Source of the DNA: an uncultured Collinsella sp.
GTDB taxonomy: Bacteria > Actinomycetota > Coriobacteriia > Coriobacteriales > Coriobacteriaceae
DNA: 64,000 bases
Assembly: GCA_902497025.1 (NCBI GenBank)
Contig: CABVDJ010000001.1
Span: 11,323 to 75,322 of the forward strand
Reading direction: 5' to 3'
Shown in pieces: positions 56,612 through 64,000 of this stretch (position 1 is the stretch's first letter; each line of letters opens with the position of its first letter). The notes beneath the pieces are model-generated. The model made no database searches. It had not been told where the DNA came from and saw nothing but the letters and a program-made list of their open reading frames with translations. A program made the translations under genes and the position numbers.

Positions 56612-58561
56612 ATGGAGTCCTCCGCCTATCCGATGCTCTTTAGCCCGATCAAGGTCGGTACGACCGAGGTCAAGAACCGCGTCTTTATGCCGCCGGTATC
56701 TACCAACCTGGCCGATCACGGATATGTGACCGACGATTTGGTCGATCATTACCGTGCCCGTGCCAAGGGCGGCGTAGGCCTGATCATCACCGAGGTCGTG
56801 ACGGTCGAGCCCACCTATACCTATCTGCCGGGTGACATGTGCTGCTACGACGACACGTTTATCCCCGGCTGGGAAAAGCTCGCCGCGGCCGTCCACGAGT
56901 ATGGCTGCAAGATCATGCCGCAGCTCTTCCACCCCGCCTACATGGCCTTTAACATTCCGGGCACGCCTCGCCTGATCGCTCCGTCCTTTGTGGGCCCGTC
57001 TTACGCCCGCGAGGCACCGCGCCCCATCACGGTCGACGAGATTCACGAGCTCACGCATCAGTTTGGCGACGCTGCCGTGCGTATGCAGAAGGCTGGCGTC
57101 GATGGCGTTGAAGTCCATGCGGCACACGCCCACGGCATGCTCGGCGGCTTTTTGACTCCGCTCTACAACAAGCGTACCGACGAGTATGGTGGCTCGCTCG
57201 ACGCCCGTATGCGCTTCTTGCTCGAGGTCATCGCCGAGATTCGTGAGCGCTGCGGCAAGGACTTTATCATCGACGTCCGCATCTCGGGCGATGAGTACAC
57301 CGATGGCGGCCTGACCCTCAACGACATGATCTACGTCTCGCGTCGCCTGGAGAAGGCCGGTGTCGACATGATTCACGTGTCGGGCGGCACTACCATCAAG
57401 CGCGGCTCCGCAATTCCCGCCGCCGGCACGCAGCAGGCCTCGCACGCCGCTTGCTCGCGTGAGATTAAGAAGCACGTGAACATTCCCGTTGCCACGGTCG
57501 GCCGCATTAACGAGGCCTGGATCGCCGAGGAGCTGATCGAGGACGGCGCTGCCGACATCTGCATGATGGGCCGCGCCAATCTGTGCGATGCCGAGTTCTG
57601 CAATAAGGCCGCTGCTGGCAACGCCGACGACATCCGCCCCTGCATCGGCTGCCTGCGCTGCCTGAACGGCATTATGTTCGGCAAGCTCATCTCCTGCACC
57701 GTCAACCCGGACGTGGAGCGCGACGAGGCCGGCTACGAGCCTGCCGACGAGGTCAAAAACGTGCTCGTTGTGGGCGCTGGTCCTGCGGGCATGGAGGCAG
57801 CCTACATTGCCGCCAAGCGCGGCCACAACGTGGTGCTCGTGGATAAGCAGGACGAACCGGGCGGCGAGATGCGCATCGCGGCCGTTCCGCCAGCAAAGCA
57901 GGAACTCACCCGCGTGATCAAGTATCAGTATCGTCGCCTGGCCGAGGTCGGCGTGAAGTGCGTCTTTGGCACCGAGCTTACTGCCGAGGACATTCAGCGT
58001 GACTACGCCGGCTACGAGGTCGTCCTAGCTTATGGCGCCGAGCCCATCGCTCCGGCCTTCATGCAGGGCTTTAAGCAGGTTATGACGGCTGACGACCTGC
58101 TGGGTGGCAAGGCTTTCCCGGGCAAGAAGATCGTCATCGTGGGCGGCGGCACCGTCGGTTGCGAGACGGCAGATTACCTGGCCCCGCTGGTCAACGACCT
58201 GTCGCCGGCCAATCGCGATGTCACCGTCATCGAGATGACCAAGACGCTCGCCGCCAATGAGGGTGGTGCCGGTCGCGCGGTGCTCATCACGCGCATGCTC
58301 TCCAAGGGCGTCCACGTGCTGACCGAGGCCAAGGTGACCGAGATCACCGAGGACGCCATCAGCTACGAAAAGGACGGCGAGGTCCACACCATCACCGGTG
58401 CCGATACGCTGGTGCTTGCCATGGGCTATCGTCCCAATACCAAGTTGGCCGACGACCTTGCCGCTGCTGGCGTTGCTGTCCACGTGCTGGGCGACGCCCA
58501 GAAGTGTGGCAACATCCGCGATGCCATCGGCGATGGCTACAAGGTTGCCTGCGAGCTCTAG
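56612..58561 (+). CDS. OYE-like FMN / 4Fe-4S / FAD-NAD(P) oxidoreductase (2,4-dienoyl-CoA reductase / enoate reductase architecture)
   Basis: OYE TIM-barrel N-terminus (NRVFMPP.. HAAHAHGML), Cys cluster CIGCLRCLx11C, then GAGPAGMEAA and VGGGTVGCE dinucleotide folds. ATG at 56612 follows GAAAGGAA. Confidence 0.85.
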   Translation: MESSAYPMLFSPIKVGTTEVKNRVFMPPVSTNLADHGYVTDDLVDHYRARAKGGVGLIITEVVTVEPTYTYLPGDMCCYDDTFIPGWEKLAAAVHEYGCKIMPQLFHPAYMAFNIPGTPRLIAPSFVGPSYAREAPRPITVDEIHELTHQFGDAAVRMQKAGVDGVEVHAAHAHGMLGGFLTPLYNKRTDEYGGSLDARMRFLLEVIAEIRERCGKDFIIDVRISGDEYTDGGLTLNDMIYVSRRLEKAGVDMIHVSGGTTIKRGSAIPAAGTQQASHAACSREIKKHVNIPVATVGRINEAWIAEELIEDGAADICMMGRANLCDAEFCNKAAAGNADDIRPCIGCLRCLNGIMFGKLISCTVNPDVERDEAGYEPADEVKNVLVVGAGPAGMEAAYIAAKRGHNVVLVDKQDEPGGEMRIAAVPPAKQELTRVIKYQYRRLAEVGVKCVFGTELTAEDIQRDYAGYEVVLAYGAEPIAPAFMQGFKQVMTADDLLGGKAFPGKKIVIVGGGTVGCETADYLAPLVNDLSPANRDVTVIEMTKTLAANEGGAGRAVLITRMLSKGVHVLTEAKVTEITEDAISYEKDGEVHTITGADTLVLAMGYRPNTKLADDLAAAGVAVHVLGDAQKCGNIRDAIGDGYKVACEL

Positions 58562-58766
58562 TCAACCCTTTGTGCGTGGGGGACAGGTGTCTCTGCGCCA
58601 TCCGATAGCAAAACAGCGGCGGCGTCCCGGATTTCGGGATGCCGCCGCTTGCTCTTGTGATCCTGGCGATGCGAGCGCGCCCTATTTCACCGCAACTGAG
58701 GAGATAGGGGATGCGATAGTATTACGGGTGATATTCGACAAACCGTGGGCTTCATCCGAGGGCTTT

Positions 58767-59459
58767 ATGGAACAACACCAGCATTATCAGAGCCTGCAAG
58801 ATCAGGCATACAACGCATTGCGCTCCAAGATCATCTATGCCGAGCTCAGGCCCGGCACGCGCCTTTCGGCGATTGGTCTGGAAAAGGAGACGGGAATCGG
58901 GCGCACGCCCATTCGCGAGTCCTTTGTGCGCCTGCGTGAGCAGGAGCTGGTGGAAACGCGTCCCAAAAGCGGCACCTATGTCTCAAAAATCAGCATGGAG
59001 CGCGCTGAGAACGCTTGTTTCTTGCGCGAGAAACTCGAGAGAAGCGTGCTTATTAAATGCTGCTCTGCCGCCACGCCCGAGCAAAAGCATCGGCTTGAGC
59101 AGATTCTTGCCGAGTCCGAGTCGCTCGACCATAGCGAAACGCGTCGTTTTTTTGACCTGGACAACCTGTTCCATGAGACGTGTTTTGTGATTGCCGGCCG
59201 CCATATGTTGTGGGATTGGATGAAGAGCGTCAATACGCATTTTGAGCGATACAACTGGTTGCGTATGGTGTCGCAGGATTTGGATTGGGAGCCGATTCGT
59301 CGGCAGCATCGCCGGATTCTCGAGGCCATTAAGAGGGGCGATACCGACGCGGCGAGCTATCTGGCAGAGACGCACTTGCACCTGATGCCCGAAGAGCAAG
59401 GTCCGGTCATCGCCTTGCATCCCGACTATTTTGAGCTGCCTAAAGACTCGGCTATCTAG
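58767..59459 (+). CDS. GntR-family (FadR/FCD-type) transcriptional regulator
   Basis: Winged HTH (RLSAIGLEKETGIGRTPIRESFVRL) plus a helical FCD-like domain. The 58398 start in the track overlaps the upstream reductase gene and is rejected. Confidence 0.8.
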   Translation: MEQHQHYQSLQDQAYNALRSKIIYAELRPGTRLSAIGLEKETGIGRTPIRESFVRLREQELVETRPKSGTYVSKISMERAENACFLREKLERSVLIKCCSAATPEQKHRLEQILAESESLDHSETRRFFDLDNLFHETCFVIAGRHMLWDWMKSVNTHFERYNWLRMVSQDLDWEPIRRQHRRILEAIKRGDTDAASYLAETHLHLMPEEQGPVIALHPDYFELPKDSAI

Positions 59460-59582
59460 CCCATTATCGCATCTGCTCGAGACGCAAAAACGATGCTGCT
59501 CACCTACAGCGTTTTGCAACCGAGATTATTAAAAATGCCTAAAATGGCTCAGACCGCCGACAATTGGGAAACGGGGTGCGCT

Positions 59583-60605
59583 ATGGCGCAGATGAGAATC
59601 AAGGACATTGCCGCCGAGGCGGGCGTGAGCCCGGCCACGGTCTCGCGCTATCTCAACAACCGCCCCGGGCAAATGACCGAGGAGACCCGCGCCCGCATTG
59701 CCGAGGTCATCGAGCGCACCGGCTATCGCCCGCGTGCCGCCGCGCGCAATCTGCGTAGCTCGCGCACCAATCTCATCGGCGTGATGCTGGCCGACATCGC
59801 CAACCCGTTCTCGAGCGCCATGCTCGAAGGGCTTTCCGCCAGTGCCGCCGCGCGTGGCTGCTCACTTATGACTGCCATTAGCGGCAACGACCCCGCCAAG
59901 GAGGCCGAGTCGCTCACCAGGCTTATCGACGCTGGCGTGGACGGCCTGGTCGTCAATACCTGCGGCGGTAATGACGAGGCAATCGCCGCGGCAGCGGGAC
60001 GTCTGCCCGTCGTGCTGCTCGACCGCGATGTTGCCGCCGGCGGTGTCGATTTGGTGACATCTAACAACCGCGAGCTGGTCGCCGGCTTGGTAGACGCCTT
60101 GGCCGCTGCGGGTAGCGAGCGCCTGTGCCTGCTCACCGAGGCAAGCGACGACAGCCCTGTGCGTCGCGAACGCGCCGAGGCCTTTGCCGACGAGCTTTCG
60201 CGACGCGATCTTGCGGGCGAGGTCGTCACCCTGGCCGACGGTGGCGCCACGGGCGTTGGCCGCTTGGACGAGACTATCCGCGACTATGCCGGCAAAAAGC
60301 TCGGCCTCATTGCCGTCAACGGCCTGGTTTTCCTGCGTCTGACCGAGGCGCTGGCGCAGCTTGGTCCCTCGTTGCCGGCGGGGCTTAAGATCGCGACGTT
60401 TGACGACTACCCCTGGAACCACGTGCTCTTTGGCGGCGTCACCACGGCCGCGCAAGACACCCTTACCATTGCCGAGTGCGTAGTCGAGCGCCTGTCCGAG
60501 CGCATCGATGTTGTTACCACCACCGTGGGCGAAGCCGCAAAGCTGGCGCCCAAACGCATCGAGGTCCCCGGCCACATCGAACACCGCGCTTCGACCTCGC
60601 GCTAG
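59583..60605 (+). CDS. LacI-family transcriptional regulator
   Basis: HTH IKDIAAEAGVSPATVSRYLN plus a sugar-binding-type domain. ATG at 59583 preferred. Confidence 0.85.
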   Translation: MAQMRIKDIAAEAGVSPATVSRYLNNRPGQMTEETRARIAEVIERTGYRPRAAARNLRSSRTNLIGVMLADIANPFSSAMLEGLSASAAARGCSLMTAISGNDPAKEAESLTRLIDAGVDGLVVNTCGGNDEAIAAAAGRLPVVLLDRDVAAGGVDLVTSNNRELVAGLVDALAAAGSERLCLLTEASDDSPVRRERAEAFADELSRRDLAGEVVTLADGGATGVGRLDETIRDYAGKKLGLIAVNGLVFLRLTEALAQLGPSLPAGLKIATFDDYPWNHVLFGGVTTAAQDTLTIAECVVERLSERIDVVTTTVGEAAKLAPKRIEVPGHIEHRASTSR

Positions 60606-60658
60606 CCGCTCGTTTGCAACTGCCTGTTCGCGCACGTTTTTTGAGCGCTTGATACGCT

Positions 60659-60674
60659 TTAACCCTGCGGAAAC
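60659..60674 (+). promoter_or_regulatory. candidate actinobacterial GlnR half-box upstream of glnA
   Basis: TTAAC-CCTGCG-GAAAC fits the gTnAC-n6-GaAAC a/b-site pattern. A further GAAAC lies at 60711-60715. The tandem TCTGCGATA x2 at about 60680-60700 is also unexplained. Confidence 0.35.
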
Positions 60675-60739
60675 ATTTTTCTGCGATAGTATCTGCGATA
60701 TAGACCAGTCGAAACCCGCCCGAAAGAAAGGGGAGCGAC

Positions 60740-62077
60740 ATGAACCAGCAGAACATCGATTACGTACTCCGCTCCGTAGAGCAACGTGACATCCGCTTTG
60801 TTCGTCTGTGGTTTGTCGACATTCTCGGCCGCCTCAAGAACTTTGCCATTAGCCCCGAGGACCTCGAGGTCGCTTTTGAGGAGGGTATTGGCTTTGACGG
60901 CTCCGCCATCGAGGGTTTTGCCACGCCCGAGGAAGCCGACATGCTCGCGTTCCCCGATGCCTCGACCTTCCAGATTTTGCCGTGGCGCCCGAGCCACAAC
61001 GGCGTCGCCCGCGTGTTCTGCGACGTGTGCACTCCCGATCGCAAGCCCTTCGCCGGCGATCCGCGCGATGCCCTGCGCCGTATGTTCCACAAGGCCGAGA
61101 AGGCCGGCTACCTACTCAACGTGGGCGCCGAGCTGGAGTATTACTACTTCCCCGACGAGCGCACGCCAGAGCCGCTCGACAACGTAGGCTACTTCGACCT
61201 TTCGGTGAGCGACGCCGCCCGCGACCTGCGCCGCAACACGGTCCTTACGCTCGAGAAGATGTCCGTGCCCGTGGAGTACACCTTCCATGCCGCCGGTCGC
61301 TCGCAGCACGGCATGAGCCTGCGCCACGCCGAGGCCCTGAGCATGTCCGACGCCATCACCACGGCCAAGCTCATCATTAAGCAGCAGGCCTACGAGAGCG
61401 GCTGCCACGCCTCCTTTATGCCCAAGCCGCTGGCGGGCGAGGACGGCAGTGCCATGTTCCTGCACCAGTCGCTGTTCGACCACGACGGCAACAACGTCTT
61501 TTGGGGCGAGGACGACGAGAAATACCATCTCTCCGATATCGCCAAGCACTACATGGCCGGCATCTTGGCGCACGCGCGCGAGATCAGCGCCATCACCAAC
61601 CCCACGGTCAACTCGTACAAGCGCATCACCACGGGCGGCGACTCCGTGCCGCAGTACGCCACGTGGGGCCTGCGCAACCGCGCGAGCATGGTCCGCATCC
61701 CGGTCTACAAGCCCGGCAAGCAGCTGTCCACGCGCATCGAGCTGCGCAGTCCCGATCCCATGGCCAATCCGTACCTGGTCAACGCCGTCACGCTGGCGGC
61801 CGGTCTCGACGGCATCGAGCGCAAGCTGGAACTCCCGCCCGAGGCCACGGCTGAGACGCTCAAGCTTACCGACCGTCAGATGGTCGAGGCCGGCTACACG
61901 CCGCTGCCGCGCTCGCTCAAAGAGGCGCTCGACGTGTTTGAGGACTCGCAGTTTATGAAGGATGCCCTCGGCGAGCACATCCACAGCTTCTTCCTCAAAA
62001 AGAAGCGCGACGAGTGGCATAAGTTTGAGTCTACAATCACCGAGTGGGAGATCAAGCACTACCTGGCGAACTCCTAA
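60740..62077 (+). CDS. glnA: type I glutamine synthetase
   Basis: 445 aa. Beta-grasp signature FDGSAIEGF and ATP-site region KPLAGEDGSAMFLHQS, with NSYKR and RIP.. motifs. Confidence 0.9.
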   Translation: MNQQNIDYVLRSVEQRDIRFVRLWFVDILGRLKNFAISPEDLEVAFEEGIGFDGSAIEGFATPEEADMLAFPDASTFQILPWRPSHNGVARVFCDVCTPDRKPFAGDPRDALRRMFHKAEKAGYLLNVGAELEYYYFPDERTPEPLDNVGYFDLSVSDAARDLRRNTVLTLEKMSVPVEYTFHAAGRSQHGMSLRHAEALSMSDAITTAKLIIKQQAYESGCHASFMPKPLAGEDGSAMFLHQSLFDHDGNNVFWGEDDEKYHLSDIAKHYMAGILAHAREISAITNPTVNSYKRITTGGDSVPQYATWGLRNRASMVRIPVYKPGKQLSTRIELRSPDPMANPYLVNAVTLAAGLDGIERKLELPPEATAETLKLTDRQMVEAGYTPLPRSLKEALDVFEDSQFMKDALGEHIHSFFLKKKRDEWHKFESTITEWEIKHYLANS

Positions 62078-62127
62078 TCGCGCTGGCTTGTTCCAGTACG
62101 ATTGAGCTCATTTCTTTGGAGGCCGAT

Positions 62128-62790
62128 ATGTCCGAAAAGAGTGCCCTGTTCATGGCGCGCACGACGCGCTTCCACGAGTTTGCCCGCAGCTTGACGACCA
62201 CCCTGGGTGTCGAGGTGAGCCTGGCAACCCCCGATTCGCCAACTGCGGCGCACGACTTTGACCTGCTGATCCTCGATTCCGACGGCATCCGCAGCGACCG
62301 CATCGATCAGATTGCCAAGTGGCTTGACGATCGCGGCGGGGTCCCCATGTTGGTGATCGTCGACGACGAGGCGCTCGGTACCCTGCGCCTGCCGAATCAC
62401 GCGCATGCCGACTTCGTATGTCCCACGGCGACGCCCAACGAGCTCAAGGCTCGCGCGCAGCGCCTGATGGGCGAGGAGGAGACCGTCACCGCCGACGATG
62501 TGCTCAATATCGATAACCTCGAGATCAACCTGGCTACCTACCAGGTGACGCTCGATAACGAGCCCATCGACCTGACGCTGATGGAGTACTCGCTGCTGAG
62601 CTTTTTGGCGACGCACCCCAACCGCGCCTACAGCCGCGAGGTGCTGCTGCACCGCGTGTGGGGTTTTGAGTACTGCGGCGGCACGCGCACTGTCGACGTG
62701 CACATCCGACGCATCCGCTCTAAGGTGGGCCCGCAGATCGCGGCACACATCACCACCGTCCGCGGCGTGGGCTATCTGTTTAAGGACTAG
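62128..62790 (+). CDS. OmpR-type regulator with an atypical receiver domain (GlnR-like orphan response regulator)
   Basis: The C-terminal winged helix is canonical (TRTVDVHIRRIRSKV.. VRGVGYLF). The receiver-like N-terminus lacks the usual acidic DD pair near its start (SALFMARTT) but keeps DLLILDSD. No kinase gene is adjacent. Confidence 0.75.
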   Translation: MSEKSALFMARTTRFHEFARSLTTTLGVEVSLATPDSPTAAHDFDLLILDSDGIRSDRIDQIAKWLDDRGGVPMLVIVDDEALGTLRLPNHAHADFVCPTATPNELKARAQRLMGEEETVTADDVLNIDNLEINLATYQVTLDNEPIDLTLMEYSLLSFLATHPNRAYSREVLLHRVWGFEYCGGTRTVDVHIRRIRSKVGPQIAAHITTVRGVGYLFKD

Positions 62791-62795
62791 ATTTT

Positions 62796-62831
62796 CACCA
62801 CAAAGGGGACAGACACCTTTGTGGTGGTTTT
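62796..62831 (+). terminator. Rho-independent terminator after the GlnR-like gene
   Basis: CACCACAAAGG..CCTTTGTGGTG stem followed by GTTTT. Confidence 0.65.
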
Positions 62832-62998
62832 GACGCAGGTGCGGGTTCCTCTCGAATCTGCAACAGAACTTAAGCCTTCCTAAAAGATTGCGTTCTCATA
62901 CACTTGCGCCCGCATATTGGGGTACAACTCAACGTGAACAATGATGGCCCGCCACATGTTTGGCGGGCCTTTGGTTATTTGACGAAAGGATCGCAGCT

Positions 62999-64000
62999 AT
63001 GAGCGAGTACGATTCCCAGCGTCCCCAGGATGCGGGCAACGCCGGCGAGACCCAACAGCAGCCGCGTGTGCAGGTAGAGTCGACGCCTGCCGATGGCAAC
63101 AACATTCCCTACGTGCAGGCCTACGACACGCAGACCGGAAAGCCGCTGGGCAGCCAGCAGGTTGTAAACAAGCACACAGTGGTCAAGACCAAGACCAAAA
63201 AGCTGCCGATCTTTATTACGGCACTTGCCGGCTGCGCCTGCGGCGCCCTGCTGGTCATTGCGCTCATTATGAGCGGCACGCTCAATATCGGTGGTGGCAA
63301 GAATGCCGTGACGGCGGGCGCTTCGGGTTCCTCGACGCAAAAGATTACGATTGATTCTGAGGACACCACGCTGGCCGAGGCCGTTTCTGCCAAGGCCCTG
63401 CCCTCCGTGGTTTCCATCACCGCCACTTCGAGCGGCAGCCAGAATGGCTCGCTTTCGCAGTCTGCCGATGAGTCGGACAACTCGGGCAGCGTCGGTTCGG
63501 GCGTTGTGCTCGATACCGAGGGCCATATCCTCACCAACAACCACGTGGTCGATGGTTACGACCAGTACGTGGTGACCATGGACGACGGCACCACCTACGA
63601 GGCCGAGTTCGTGGGCAACGATGCCTCGAGCGACCTGGCCGTCATCAAGCTCAAGGACGCCGATGCCTCCAAGCTCACCCCGATCGAGATCGGCGACTCC
63701 TCCAAGCTCAACGTGGGCGAGTGGGTCATGGCGATCGGCTCGCCGTTTGGCAACGAGCAGTCTGTCTCCACCGGTATCGTCTCGGCGCTCTACCGCTCCA
63801 CGGCCATGAGCTCTACCAGCGGCAACACTATCTACGCCAACATGATCCAGACCGATGCCGCCATCAACCCAGGCAACTCCGGCGGCGCGCTCGTTAACGA
63901 CAACGGCGAGCTCGTGGGTATTAACTCGCTTATCGAGAGCTATTCGGGCTCCAGCTCGGGCGTGGGCTTTGCTATTCCCGTTAACTACGCCAAGAACATT
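62999..64000 (+). CDS. HtrA/DegP-family (S1C) serine protease, N-terminal part (3' end outside window)
   Basis: Not in the ORF track because there is no stop in the window. My translation from ATG 62999 is open to nt 64000. It has a TM anchor and catalytic His (TNNHVV), Asp (SSDLAVIK) and Ser (GNSGGAL). GAAAGGA RBS. Confidence 0.85.
   Translation, partial: MSEYDSQRPQDAGNAGETQQQPRVQVESTPADGNNIPYVQAYDTQTGKPLGSQQVVNKHTVVKTKTKKLPIFITALAGCACGALLVIALIMSGTLNIGGGKNAVTAGASGSSTQKITIDSEDTTLAEAVSAKALPSVVSITATSSGSQNGSLSQSADESDNSGSVGSGVVLDTEGHILTNNHVVDGYDQYVVTMDDGTTYEAEFVGNDASSDLAVIKLKDADASKLTPIEIGDSSKLNVGEWVMAIGSPFGNEQSVSTGIVSALYRSTAMSSTSGNTIYANMIQTDAAINPGNSGGALVNDNGELVGINSLIESYSGSSSGVGFAIPVNYAKNI

Noticed and set aside
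58398-58766. N-terminal extension of the GntR ORF. Similar extensions occur at 62044 (GlnR-like), 37990 (larA), 56531 (reductase) and 59493 (LacI).
   Set aside because: These extensions overlap upstream genes or terminators, lack family similarity, and internal starts with an RBS give canonical protein lengths.

Overview
This is a GC-rich chromosomal segment. Gene content and protein style suggest a core-genome region of a Coriobacteriia-type actinobacterium, but that is inference and no database search was run. I call about 50 protein genes and 5 tRNA genes. Housekeeping genes include four aminoacyl-tRNA ligases (metG partial, serS, hisS, aspS), rsmA, tatD-like, rlmH, proC, htpG, ppc, glnA, serB and an htrA-like protease that runs off the 3' edge. 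Accessory or regulatory modules are: (1) a VanRS-like two-component system divergent from an S11 DD-carboxypeptidase; (2) an orphan pstB followed by a PhoPR/PnpRS-like pair; (3) a Wzz / BY-kinase / PHP-phosphatase trio with no glycosyltransferases nearby; (4) two tandem YhgE/Pip-domain membrane proteins; (5) an EamA, M20 amidohydrolase and MFS trio; (6) a lactate-racemase (lar) cluster: larA and a MIP channel convergent with larB, larC and a tetR-family gene; (7) an ebg-like locus: LacI-family regulator, GH2 beta-galactosidase, EbgC-like protein and APC permease; (8) a feoA-feoA-feoB operon plus a Cys-rich small protein; (9) an OYE/FadH-type flavoenzyme with GntR- and LacI-family regulators. 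I found no integrase, transposase, CRISPR-cas or recognisable defence genes. The least explained signal is non-coding. There are several families of long, near-perfect and often nested palindromes in 3' intergenic regions. Their stems differ between copies but remain paired, while junction or loop sequences are conserved. Two of these families bracket two-gene modules: the YhgE/Pip pair and larA plus the MIP channel. One forms a strictly phased 62-nt hairpin array. There are also two MITE-like element families. Other items worth a second look are an 813-aa orphan protein lying among tRNA genes, a lar cluster whose LarC lacks the C-terminal domain and which has no larE, and three independently promoted tRNA-Arg(ACG) copies. 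All family assignments come from motifs read by eye and none was confirmed by search.
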